Positions 1-10,071 of a stretch of 64,000 nucleotides of DNA are shown one piece after another; position 1 is the first letter of the stretch, and each line of letters opens with the position of its first letter. Made by a program: the position numbers and the translations under genes. This DNA comes from a virus. The stretch covers positions 45,771-109,770 of IMG/VR virus record IMGVR_UViG_3300033141_003979; one strand, given 5' to 3'. The notes under the pieces are model-generated. The model was not told the DNA's origin and did not search any database. It saw nothing but the letters and a program-made list of their open reading frames with translations.

Positions 1-1651
1 CCATATTTTCCCCTGCATTCAATTCAAGCCGTTCAGCATCACCAGCATTCGCTATTACCCCAGTCCCTGTCCAATGCCAAGCAAATGTACGTACATTTGT
101 CTCAGTCACAGCTGTAACATGTCCCCAACAAGTATCCCCAGGTATTGCAGGTGAAGGAGATGGGGATATTGAAGGGCTAACTGAAGGCGATAAAGATGGA
201 CTCAATGACGGTGATATACTAGGTGAAATGCTCGGGCTGATTGAGGCTGAAGGACTATATGATGCAGAGATACTTAGTGAAATGCTCAAGCTTATTGATG
301 GGCTTATACTCGCACTTGGACTGATTGAAGGACTTAGGCTTGCACTCAGACTCGGCGATAAAGATGGTGAAATTGAAGCTGAAGGAGTAGATGGAGAATA
401 TGATGGGCTTATACTTGCCGATGGACTATATGATGCCGATGGAGACGAAGAAATCGAAGCCGAAATCGAAGCCGAAGGGGTATCTGGTGATGGACTTGGT
501 GATGGTGAAATCGATGGACTAATTGATGGTGAAATTGACAAACTAATTGATGGTGAAATGCTTGCAGATGGGCTTAATGATGGACTGATTGATGCCGACA
601 ATGACGGGCTTTCTTCCACAAACTCACTTGCCCCTACATCCCATCTAGCATCCGTACCAGCAGGCCTGGCATTTCCTTCTATACTAAAAGCATAAAGTGG
701 ATCAGGGGTAGTAAAGAAATTCATAGGGTTCCATGTGCCAGAAACATCATTAACTGGCGACATGCCGCAATTGCCCTCACCTAAATTATCGACACCATCC
801 CTAGTAGATAGACTGGCCGTAGCTAAGTAATCAGCATCTAGTGAGGCGTCCAAATCCAAACTGTTATCCCATGCAGTAGGAATTCCTCCAGCATCTAAGT
901 CCGCTGTATCATCGTCAGCAGCGTTCCAATCCGAAGGTACATCAATATCAACAGCAGGAAATACATCTCCCCCTATGTCCATTCCATAGCAACTAAAAAT
1001 AATACCTGTGCCATCTGTTAGAGAAGAATAAAATCCTGCACCACAATCTGCCCCAGTACAACAAATACAGCCCATTGTATATCCTGCGGCCGGAGAGAAT
1101 CTAAAAGCAAGATCCTCATGCCCATAGGAGATACAAGCATAGGCCATACTGTCTTCACCAAACATCCGAAACCCCTGCGGATTTCCACCAGAAGAAACTC
1201 CATCATAGGCAATACAATGTATAAAAAACACGAAGTCTGCGTCTTCACATCTGAAAATATGAGCACCTGTCGAACCAGTATAACTAGCACTTATTTTAAC
1301 AATTCTACTATAGAAATCCTTAACTTCAAAAACAAAAACATTTGCTCCTGTATAAACAAACGTAGCTCCAGTTGCTACAGTACCAGCAAAAGGAGTAGCA
1401 CAACTTGGTGAGGATTGAATCTTTCTATAGTGTGTTGCATCTACAATAGCATCTTGGAGTGCGACAGAATCATCATGTACTTGGCTATCATAGCAGTCGA
1501 GCACAAGAATACCAAGACCGGTGATATCTACATCTGTATCAGCTTCCCAAGTGCCTAAAACACTATAATCTGGATCTCCAGCGCCAGGCAACGAACCGTT
1601 GCCTCCAGAATCATAGGTTCAAAGATATGGTGCTTGATCCCAACAAGCCAT
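1..1651 (-). CDS. Putative virion/adhesin-like protein with long Ser-X repeat; in-frame TGA at codon 11; 3' end runs off the window (missing from ORF track)
   Basis: ATG at 1651 overlaps the upstream stop (TAATG). Manual translation gives MACWDQAPYL*TYDSGGNGSLPGAGDPDYSVLGTWEADTD, then the frame stays open to base 1, including WDVGASEFV followed by the S-x repeat. Confidence 0.8.
152..611 (-). repeat. Low-complexity coding repeat (S-x)n, x = P/I/A/L/Y, about 150 aa
   Basis: Minus-strand translation SPSLSASISPSLSPSASISPSISLSISPS...SPSVSPSISPSPSP. Confidence 0.9.
1564..1621 (-). promoter_or_regulatory. Candidate SECIS/readthrough RNA element downstream of in-frame UGA
   Basis: Perfect hairpin AGGCAACG-GTT-CGTTGCCT (1604-1586) starts 14 nt after the UGA; a lower stem CTATGA(T)TCTGG / CCAGATTATAG can also form. 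Confidence 0.55.
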
Positions 1652-2349
1652 TAGCTAATAAGCCCCTTTTTTGGTTCTAACATATTCAGCCCATCAAAAG
1701 CGCTAACAATGCGACCCTTAAGTTTATCCCAGAAATCAGTCTTACCAAGAGATCTGGACACCGCAGGAGTATAAACATCGTGCCTGTCAAACATCCTTAC
1801 GGTGTTGACCCCTAGTGTGTCTAAATCAGCAAGGGGCACACAGAACCTACGTTTTTTAATAATATCCGTTGGATTCGCACCAATATCCCACGATCCCGTT
1901 ATATCGTAGTAAGGCTCGCATAAGGCTTCTATCTTTGGACGATCTAAGTCGGTCACGGGGACAATTAAAAAATGCCTTCTTTCTAGATTGGTCCACCCAT
2001 GACCCTCTGCTTTATGAGCAATAATATCTCCGGGTCGTGGCCTTTTGTCGGTCTTCATATCTTCGTGAACAGAATATAGGTTAGGGTCAAATCCTGTTGG
2101 ATAATCAATACTTTTGCTAACAAGTTTATTTATAAGGACAGAACCAGCTTTAGCAATATCTGGCGTTAATTTGTTATAGGGGCCGTTCGCATAGCCTTTG
2201 CCATCAGCGCATGGAAAGTTCTTGTCGTAATAATATGGCTCGCCATTCCAGCCATGAGCGACAACAGGGAAATGATCTGTCAGGCTTTTCTCCTTCATAA
2301 GATAACGATTTTTATAGTAAGCAAATAAAGCTAATTCAAAGTTAGCCAT
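1651..2349 (-). CDS. Hypothetical protein (late module)
   Basis: 232-aa ORF with SD (GAGGA) upstream, co-oriented with neighbours. Confidence 0.8.
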   Translation of the reverse strand: MANFELALFAYYKNRYLMKEKSLTDHFPVVAHGWNGEPYYYDKNFPCADGKGYANGPYNKLTPDIAKAGSVLINKLVSKSIDYPTGFDPNLYSVHEDMKTDKRPRPGDIIAHKAEGHGWTNLERRHFLIVPVTDLDRPKIEALCEPYYDITGSWDIGANPTDIIKKRRFCVPLADLDTLGVNTVRMFDRHDVYTPAVSRSLGKTDFWDKLKGRIVSAFDGLNMLEPKKGLIS

Positions 2350-2368
2350 CAGTCCTCTCTTCTATAAA

Positions 2369-5300
2369 TTAAGGAGTCAAAATCATAACAACTGTATCTT
2401 CATAATCTGCCCCTAACAAAGCCGTCAAATTCTGAATATAAAACATGTCCTTGTAATCATAGTCTTCAAATTTCCAAGGAAGATAATTTACCATATCTTC
2501 AAACAATTCATCTTGAATGTAAATTTTGGCTTGAAACATATCGGCAGCTAAAGCAGGCGAACTACTATCTATTTCATTAGATCCAACAATTACAGCATGA
2601 CTAAAATCACCCATGTACCACCAAGGATTATACTTTTCGACTGAGGCCATAAAGTCACTGACGATATCAGACGCATTACTCTGTATAGTAGCCCCTAGTT
2701 CTGGGATTATTGGGTCAAACCCATGTAGCCTGAATGGGGCTTTGGCTACCCACGAAGAATAGGACTGTGTACTATCGATATCGTGTACTTGCCTAAAATC
2801 ATTAGTTGCTGTCAGATTACCCTCAGCAGGCATCGGAGAAAGCCCTTGACTATATCCCCAATCTTCCCAATCTGTATAGTTATCGTCTGTACCAGGATGC
2901 GCTGCTCTTGCAAAATTAACCCAACCAGTAGCCGCATCATTACAAGTTGTAAACCAAGCAGTAATCATATCATCATAGTAGCCCTGAACCTCTGCTTCCG
3001 TGGCCGCATCTCCCCGATAATTTGCCATTTCTATCATCGCATACATAGCAGCAACTTGCTTGACGGGGTGGAAATTACCAGACGTCCAAGTAACCCACTC
3101 AAAGAAGCCACTATCAGCTTCCCAGGTATGGTTTGCGTCATTGTCAAATAAAGCGTACATAGTATCGACTACAAAATCCCAGACATCTCCACCCCCTAAT
3201 GCCTCATCCAGCTTGGCCCAGTCATCGCTTCTTTGGCAGTATTTATAAAGCCCATAAATTCTATCAGCTATATCATTCCTATTTGACCAACGCCAGCGGC
3301 GATAAGGAGATGTATTGTTACAAGTAGTTTCAAGGGAATGAGTATCATAATCAAGACAACCCCAGACATAGGCATATAAGTTACTGTCTAAAATATAGGT
3401 ATCAACCAAATTACTCAAATATAATATTGTATTTGCCTTCAGGGGCTCTTCAAGATATGGGAGTGCATCTGAAAGTGTCCTTAAAACTTCTCCATCTTTC
3501 CAAAATACTTCCTCGGGTGCAGTTGAACTTTGAGCCCAAAACATTTGCGTAGCCGGATCTAAGTGTGCATCATCATCGACTATATCCTGTACCACTGCGT
3601 TAAGAAGTGTTTTCACATTATTTCTTGACAAACCTAAGTCTGGCGGTGCCACAAACAAATCTAGAGGATCATAGGTATTGCTTGCTTCTGGTGATTCATG
3701 AGTCAAGCAGAACAGATGCCCCCAGCTTACCCAAAAAACTTCATTTCCGGCAACCACTACAGGGCTAACAGAATCATTTGCTCCCCCGATACCGCCAGTT
3801 GTCGAACATCCGAAGCGAGTAAAGAATTTATGCATTCCATCTGGATAAATAGTGGTTGGTGTACTGTCTATCAAAAGAGGTTTTCTGTGAGTACCGAATC
3901 CATCCCCATAAACAGTTGTGTTAAGTGCCGGTGTCTCAATATCATAGTATCCTATATCTTCACTTAGAGTCTGATAAAACCTATCATTTACCAGCGTGTA
4001 ACGACCTATCTCATCTGGCCTCATTACAAACGTAGGACTATCATCTTCATCAGCAATTTGAATGCAACTTCCATCATCTAAATCTACCTTAACAAGCCTG
4101 TCATCATGATCTAGTGGATCTGTGTAAGCCCCACCATAGGGCACAAAATAGGCATATCCATCATTACTGATTACTGGCGTGTAAAGCCCCCAGTAACCAA
4201 GATAAAGCGGAGTATAGGCTGATCCGCTCCACAAATCTGTTCCGTCTGTAGCGTTGAAATAAAATAACGGTCTACGCTCTCCATAAGCTGTATAATATGT
4301 ATTGTACTCAGAAAGGACAGTTGCAATAGCCTTATACCCGACAGGCTCAGTATCGTATAGAAGTGCGTTTGGTGCATTTTCCCCCACAAAGGAGTAATCA
4401 TTTCCTGGCTTGCGTGTGACAAATATAACTACTTTAGTGCCTCCGTCACCTTTACCATAAACAGCCATTGTGCGTTTTGTGAATACCCCCTTCATTGTAG
4501 CTGTCCATAACTCCGTACCATTTTCCCTCAAGGCATAAGCGGTATTTGCCCCTGACTGAAAAAATATCGCTGATTCTATTGGAGTCGTTTCTACTTCACC
4601 AATAGCAGCCGTACACGATATAGGGCTATCGGCTGGGTAAGTCCATAAAAGAACCCCAGTAGAAAAGTCATAAGCTTTAAAGTTGCCACCAATATTCCCT
4701 ACAAAGACCTTGTTGTTATGCACCGCAGGAGTAACCCAAAGGGAGTCCCCCGTGTCAGCACTCCATATAAGATTACCAGCATCACTCAGACAATAGAGAT
4801 AACCATCTGTCGAGGCAGCTAGAATACGCAGATTATTATCTTTGTCACGATCTACTGTTAATGCACTAGGGAGAGCCCCTCCACAGGGGTAAGACCAATC
4901 AGTTGTCCCGTCGGATGTATCTAAAGCGTAAACTTTACCATTCATCAAACCAATATAAACTACATCACCAACAACTACTGGTTCTGCTTCAATCTCTATT
5001 CTCTCACCCAAGAATCTGCGCCACCTAAGATTTAAGACTCCACTATCTAATTCAAGATCATAAGGGACAAAATAATGCCTATCCATCGAACCACCACGAG
5101 TGGGCCACTCTGGTAGATAGATTTTGTAGGCTACATCATCTGATGTAGCGGCGATGGGAATAGTTATTAGCGCATCTCCATTACTTTCAATAACGTCTGT
5201 GGAATTAATGAGGCCCGTATCTGTGTCCCACTCCTCTAATATAAAATCAGTATCCGCCATACCTGTCATGGTAAAAGTAAGGTTATTAGGATTTGTTGGG

Positions 5301-7549
5301 GTTATTCCAGCAGAACAATCAACAGCCCCTTCCTGTGCCCCTTCATGTAAACACCAACCATAATCATCATTCTGAGCATGTATATATGCTTTACCTTTTG
5401 TTACATTTTTCTGACCTATGCTATCTATCCCAGCCGGATCATCAGCATCAATGGCCACATATCCTCCATGATGAACATCCAAATCTTCTACAAAATTATA
5501 GAAGGCGGCAAGAATAGGCAAATACCCACCAGATACCTTATCTAAATGCTCTCTCCACCAATATGCCCCCATGTAAAATGGCTGATGATGAAGTCCACCA
5601 CCCCATACTAGATTATGCAACCACACCCCATCATTTGCATTTCCGTCGAGCCAATCCCCACGATCATCGCCCGTAGCTGCCGGGTCAATTCCGCTTTCAC
5701 TCATTATAAAAGGTTTGCTTATTTGATCATCTAATATATCTAATGACCACGAAATACTCCAATCGTATAAATCACTCCCACAAATGCTATTGATGGTACA
5801 TTTATCATCAGCCTCGTCGGTATATTCATGAATGTTAACAACATCTAAATTGATACTAGCGACATTATTATCATAATCAGTTTGACGCCAATAGGTTACT
5901 TCCCATACTGAAGTTCCAAGAAGATGTACGTTGGCTGCGGAGTCGATTGATTTCATATAAACGGCGAAGTCATCAGCAGCAGAATACCAATCAGCATCGT
6001 TTGGATGATGCTCATTGCAAAATTCCCAAAGAAATACAGCAGTAGAGTATCCCCAACGAGCAACACAATAACGCCACCACATTTGAATATGCCATTTTGA
6101 CTTAGTAGTTAAAGCTTGGTTATAGCCATCACCTGTATCCGTCCAACTTCCATCATCCTCATCAAGATGTCTAGGAACCCAATCGTTTTTCTCAAAGATA
6201 ACATACTGGAGTTTGACCCCTGCTGCTTCCGCTGCTTCCACCTGTTTATCAAAAAAGAAAGATGGCTTTTGTTCTATAACTCTATGCCTATCTGCGCTTT
6301 CGTAACGCATAATTTCTTGATCATATACTCCATCATCATCTGTATCAGCCTTAATGCTTAACTTAGCTATCCAAACTTCACCATAAGAACAGTTATCAAG
6401 GTAGAAACTCAAATAGTCCCCATACGTGGTGCCATCAGCAACTTGGTGATCAAATGTCACTACTGTTGAGTCCCAATCGGTAGTAGCAATCTCATGCCCA
6501 AAACCACCCAAAGTATTGTTGCCCCGGATAGATTCGTAAAAGAAAGCCCCTGTATAATCACATTTATCATCTCCGGCCGGGAATCCATGAGTCTTTAATG
6601 TAAATCCGTGATCTTCTCCTATATCTACAGGGCCAACTAGACCGACAATTTTATAAATAACTGTCATCTGGTAATCAGGAAAGGTATCTTCTGGACCACC
6701 ATAATCAACAAAATCATGGGAATATCTCGTGTTCTCCCAAGGGCCTGTCCATATACCACAAGCACCATCCGTGACAGTAATATACCAAGACAACTCCATA
6801 TCTGTATATGCTTCTTCAAAGTCCAAGGGCATTTCAAACCCTTCGTTGCCTGAACTTTTATCTACCCGGATATAGTCTGCCCACTGATTACAATAAGCTG
6901 CTTCCGGTCCCATCCACTGGCGGTGAATATTTGCCCCTTTACCATCAAAAGAAGTATAACCAGTTGAAGTTTCCATATCTGCCCCACCTATGGGCCAAAA
7001 AATATCTCCACTCCCACTATACTCAAAATATCGAGTATCGGTTGCAACCTGGATAAAACCCTTTTTAGTTGGTGCTCGTGCTTCAAATGAGCCTGTGGCA
7101 GCAGAGGATGTGCCCCCTACATCTTCAGCAACTATTGAGTATTGCCATGTACCGACCTTATCCGGTTTAAACCGAATTTTGAATGAATCGTCATCTAGTT
7201 TTTCTGTAAGATGATAATTTGATTGAGGGAAGGTCCCAGATACCTCCATGTCACGATAATAAAATCCAGGTACGTCATAAGCGACGGAATCAGGGCCAGT
7301 CATTGTGCAAGTAACAGTTACTCCTTCCTCTGGAGTCACATTTTCTGGCTGGCTACCATCTTCAACATAAACCTCATAAGGATTATCAAATGTTCCTGTG
7401 AGATCAAAAGTAAGCTCATACTTCTCATAACAGTTAACTGGATCTGAGTTCTCCGTTACGTTTGAGATAACAGGCACAGCTCCCCAAGCTAATGTTGGAA
7501 ACAACATTAGAAATGCAAATATAAATATCTTTTTCATCAGTTTTTTCAA
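2369..7549 (-). CDS. Large acidic exported-type protein: signal peptide + DUF5060-like domain + GH-A (GH5-like) TIM barrel + PQQ/BamB-type beta-propeller + helical C-terminal domain
   Basis: MKKIFIFAFLMLFPTLAWG signal (likely start ATG 7537); YEKYELTF..DNPY..PGFY..FKIRFKPDKVGTW; WEFCNEH and FIMSESG as candidate catalytic Glu motifs; repeated VYIG..GKVYALD..DG...W propeller blades. Confidence 0.7.
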   Translation of the reverse strand: MKKLMKKIFIFAFLMLFPTLAWGAVPVISNVTENSDPVNCYEKYELTFDLTGTFDNPYEVYVEDGSQPENVTPEEGVTVTCTMTGPDSVAYDVPGFYYRDMEVSGTFPQSNYHLTEKLDDDSFKIRFKPDKVGTWQYSIVAEDVGGTSSAATGSFEARAPTKKGFIQVATDTRYFEYSGSGDIFWPIGGADMETSTGYTSFDGKGANIHRQWMGPEAAYCNQWADYIRVDKSSGNEGFEMPLDFEEAYTDMELSWYITVTDGACGIWTGPWENTRYSHDFVDYGGPEDTFPDYQMTVIYKIVGLVGPVDIGEDHGFTLKTHGFPAGDDKCDYTGAFFYESIRGNNTLGGFGHEIATTDWDSTVVTFDHQVADGTTYGDYLSFYLDNCSYGEVWIAKLSIKADTDDDGVYDQEIMRYESADRHRVIEQKPSFFFDKQVEAAEAAGVKLQYVIFEKNDWVPRHLDEDDGSWTDTGDGYNQALTTKSKWHIQMWWRYCVARWGYSTAVFLWEFCNEHHPNDADWYSAADDFAVYMKSIDSAANVHLLGTSVWEVTYWRQTDYDNNVASINLDVVNIHEYTDEADDKCTINSICGSDLYDWSISWSLDILDDQISKPFIMSESGIDPAATGDDRGDWLDGNANDGVWLHNLVWGGGLHHQPFYMGAYWWREHLDKVSGGYLPILAAFYNFVEDLDVHHGGYVAIDADDPAGIDSIGQKNVTKGKAYIHAQNDDYGWCLHEGAQEGAVDCSAGITPTNPNNLTFTMTGMADTDFILEEWDTDTGLINSTDVIESNGDALITIPIAATSDDVAYKIYLPEWPTRGGSMDRHYFVPYDLELDSGVLNLRWRRFLGERIEIEAEPVVVGDVVYIGLMNGKVYALDTSDGTTDWSYPCGGALPSALTVDRDKDNNLRILAASTDGYLYCLSDAGNLIWSADTGDSLWVTPAVHNNKVFVGNIGGNFKAYDFSTGVLLWTYPADSPISCTAAIGEVETTPIESAIFFQSGANTAYALRENGTELWTATMKGVFTKRTMAVYGKGDGGTKVVIFVTRKPGNDYSFVGENAPNALLYDTEPVGYKAIATVLSEYNTYYTAYGERRPLFYFNATDGTDLWSGSAYTPLYLGYWGLYTPVISNDGYAYFVPYGGAYTDPLDHDDRLVKVDLDDGSCIQIADEDDSPTFVMRPDEIGRYTLVNDRFYQTLSEDIGYYDIETPALNTTVYGDGFGTHRKPLLIDSTPTTIYPDGMHKFFTRFGCSTTGGIGGANDSVSPVVVAGNEVFWVSWGHLFCLTHESPEASNTYDPLDLFVAPPDLGLSRNNVKTLLNAVVQDIVDDDAHLDPATQMFWAQSSTAPEEVFWKDGEVLRTLSDALPYLEEPLKANTILYLSNLVDTYILDSNLYAYVWGCLDYDTHSLETTCNNTSPYRRWRWSNRNDIADRIYGLYKYCQRSDDWAKLDEALGGGDVWDFVVDTMYALFDNDANHTWEADSGFFEWVTWTSGNFHPVKQVAAMYAMIEMANYRGDAATEAEVQGYYDDMITAWFTTCNDAATGWVNFARAAHPGTDDNYTDWEDWGYSQGLSPMPAEGNLTATNDFRQVHDIDSTQSYSSWVAKAPFRLHGFDPIIPELGATIQSNASDIVSDFMASVEKYNPWWYMGDFSHAVIVGSNEIDSSSPALAADMFQAKIYIQDELFEDMVNYLPWKFEDYDYKDMFYIQNLTALLGADYEDTVVMILTP

Positions 7550-7553
7550 ATCT

Positions 7554-8249
7554 CTAATCCGTCAAATCAAGTGTACTTTCTTCTGCCCTATCTCCATCCG
7601 ATCCCACATTAAGTTGGATCAGCATATTTTTCCCGTCTCCAATATTCCTATAAGTAATATCCCAATCCTCTGCCCCATTCTTTACCACACTTGTCTTGCC
7701 TGCAATGAAGGCAGAAAAAAGCCTCATCAAATCACTGTGAGAATATGTACCTTCAATATCTTCATCCATAAATGCATCTACTACAGTTGCTGTAGTGTCA
7801 AGAAGGTCGGCATCCACAGCATCCCCTCCGAAAGTGCCATCCCCTGTATGAGAAGCACGATTAGCATCCCATATCAATGTCGATGGTGCAGTATTATAAT
7901 CAGGAGCAGTTGTCCATGTCGCACGGGGGCAACCATAACATTGAATGTTTCCTGTTGAACTTTCTGGCATCATTGCTACATAATCGCCATTAGTTTCATC
8001 TGCGTCTATATCAAAAGCATAATACCCATCTTCTAATTCTGTGGGATTTGCATCAGTCACAGCAACCCCTGCCACTCCATCAATACTAACTTCTGCTGTG
8101 ATCTGTGCCGCATCTCCTGCTTTTGCCGTATGGTCTGTTTCATCAAAGCAAAATACTACCCACTTTTGACTGGCTACATTCTTTTCAAGAGCGAAAGAAT
8201 GGGAGCAAAATGCAAAGATTAAAAACAATGCAAAAATTATTCTCTTCAT
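7554..8249 (-). CDS. Hypothetical phage structural-module protein with signal peptide
   Basis: MKRIIFALFLIFAFCSHSFA N-terminus; acidic mature region. Confidence 0.75.
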   Translation of the reverse strand: MKRIIFALFLIFAFCSHSFALEKNVASQKWVVFCFDETDHTAKAGDAAQITAEVSIDGVAGVAVTDANPTELEDGYYAFDIDADETNGDYVAMMPESSTGNIQCYGCPRATWTTAPDYNTAPSTLIWDANRASHTGDGTFGGDAVDADLLDTTATVVDAFMDEDIEGTYSHSDLMRLFSAFIAGKTSVVKNGAEDWDITYRNIGDGKNMLIQLNVGSDGDRAEESTLDLTD

Positions 8250-8253
8250 AGTA

Positions 8254-8919
8254 CTACCTCACCATTACATCTACCGTGCGAAATAAATCCAACAATGGCC
8301 GTGCCTCAGGTGGTGGGTTCTTGCTATCTAAAACCCTCGTCGCCTGAATCGTTGCCGCCCATAATTTTATAGCATCCCGAATTGGGGCGGGCACATCAGG
8401 AGGATCAGGCCCATAGCCTGCTACATACCGAATCAAGTACCCTCCATAATCCCGTACCGTATTGGAAGGAGCAGTTACAGACTTCTTCAATACCAGTTTG
8501 CCAGGCGTTCCCTCAGTGATGACATAATAATTGTCCGAATCATATTCTGTCTCAGTATCATCTTCATCTAATGTCGCCACCTTAGTCACAGAGATTAACG
8601 GAGGCTGAGGCAATTTGATCACCATACTTGGCCAATAATCCATCTTCATATCGATGGTCCGGGAGATCAAGGATCTACCAAGATATTCTTCGGTTGCGAC
8701 ACGTGCTGCCATAATGAAACCTTCCAGCAACGAGTCCTCATCAGTCACATCAGCCAATCTGCCAAATTCTTTTAACACACCCAATGTAACAGGTTCAACA
8801 ACAGGGATGGTTGAAACCGACCATACCCTATTGCCATGACCAGGAAGGGCTTTTGTAATCAGCCTTCCAGTCTTCCTATCCAGACCGCCATAGGCTAGTT
8901 GTGCTAAATCAGTTTCCAC
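8254..8919 (-). CDS. Head-tail connector protein (HK97 gp6 / phiE125 gp8-like)
   Basis: EPVTL..LK..R...DEDSLL..FI.AAR...E.YLGR.L...T and YVAGYG...DVPAPIRDAI motifs; position after capsid genes. Confidence 0.85.
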   Translation of the reverse strand: METDLAQLAYGGLDRKTGRLITKALPGHGNRVWSVSTIPVVEPVTLGVLKEFGRLADVTDEDSLLEGFIMAARVATEEYLGRSLISRTIDMKMDYWPSMVIKLPQPPLISVTKVATLDEDDTETEYDSDNYYVITEGTPGKLVLKKSVTAPSNTVRDYGGYLIRYVAGYGPDPPDVPAPIRDAIKLWAATIQATRVLDSKNPPPEARPLLDLFRTVDVMVR

Positions 8920-8930
8920 AGCCTCCTCCT

Positions 8931-9371
8931 CTACTTAGCAAGTCCAGCCCTGATCTTTTCCGCTTCCTCTTCTGTCAATCCACTTTGAGCCACTTTGATA
9001 GAAATCCCCAATGCCCTGGCCTTTTTTATGACTTTCTTAGAAGGTATCCCAAGCTCATCAGCCAACTGATAAACCCGCGTTACTGTGGAATTTTCCTCAA
9101 GGCTTTTACCACTTACAGCTTCTGCTTCTTCTTCCGTCTTAGCAGAAACGGTTCCAGCAACTTTATTTTCTGGTACATCCTTAACCATTTTATTCTCAGG
9201 AGCTTCTGGCTCTGCCTTTCTCACTCTGACAATCTCGGCAACCCCCATGTGTCCTATGAAAGCCTTAGCAAGGTCTTCGGTCACATCATATTCTAGATCC
9301 TTCAAAAAATACGTGACAGTAAACCCGTCAAGGCTCCCTTTGTCATCTCGGAGCATTCTAATTCTAGGCAT
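8931..9371 (-). CDS. Small head-associated protein with C-terminal IF2_N-like domain
   Basis: C-terminus RVYQLADELGIPSKKVIKKARALGISIKVAQSGLTEEEAEKIR resembles the translation initiation factor IF-2 N-terminal domain. Confidence 0.7.
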   Translation of the reverse strand: MPRIRMLRDDKGSLDGFTVTYFLKDLEYDVTEDLAKAFIGHMGVAEIVRVRKAEPEAPENKMVKDVPENKVAGTVSAKTEEEAEAVSGKSLEENSTVTRVYQLADELGIPSKKVIKKARALGISIKVAQSGLTEEEAEKIRAGLAK

Positions 9372-9396
9372 AACAAACCTCCTATCAAATTAAAAG

Positions 9397-10047
9397 TTAA
9401 ACCGCTGGCTCTTCAATCACACAAACCCCAACGTCACTTACTGAAAATCCATTATCTATGATCGCCCAAACTCCATCCTCAACCCCAACTAAGCGAAGAA
9501 ACGCTCGACTATCTGCGGAGGCGGTTAGGATAATGGCAGACAAGGCATCTTCACTATGCCCGATGAGGCCAACCCCACTAATATTGAGGGTACTAGTTTC
9601 ACCAGATGCAAAAATATGGATACTCCCAGCTTCACAATCACCCCGGATCATAAGAACTAACTCTTCTCCTTGATGAGCCGAAGGCAATCTTGCGGATGCC
9701 GCAGATTGATCATCATTAATAGAAAAAACAATATATCCCTGCATGGATGGAAGAACAGGGGGAGATGATCCTCCCATTGCTGAAAGTTTTTCACTTGCAA
9801 CATCAACAGGTCCAATGATTGACCATCGTCCCCTACCCGCCAGAAAATTAAACATTCGAGCAGCAGAAATAGTCTCATCATTCATAAAAAACTCAAAACC
9901 TTCTTCACAACTAAAATAGCCGACGCTATTTCCCATCAACTCGCCGCCAGACCAAAGAGTACAGGCACCATCACTTCCAATATGATGGGTATCTCCTGGC
10001 CTTTGGCGAAATACATCTGTCTGATATGTTATATCTTCGGTTGCCAT
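9397..10047 (-). CDS. Putative head decoration/structural protein, paralogue family B copy 3
   Basis: Shares TYxTxV, MxNxLxG..WS, PPxLPS..G, GEEL.I..RG, ASxxSxAFxRL, WAII motifs with the two upstream ORFs. Confidence 0.7.
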   Translation of the reverse strand: MATEDITYQTDVFRQRPGDTHHIGSDGACTLWSGGELMGNSVGYFSCEEGFEFFMNDETISAARMFNFLAGRGRWSIIGPVDVASEKLSAMGGSSPPVLPSMQGYIVFSINDDQSAASARLPSAHQGEELVLMIRGDCEAGSIHIFASGETSTLNISGVGLIGHSEDALSAIILTASADSRAFLRLVGVEDGVWAIIDNGFSVSDVGVCVIEEPAV

Positions 10048-10071
10048 AACACAAAGCCTCCTATCTAAAAA

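Noticed and set aside
228-695. Plus-strand 155-aa D/G/E/L-rich ORF
   Set aside because: Antisense shadow of the Ser-X repeat gene; all neighbours are on the minus strand
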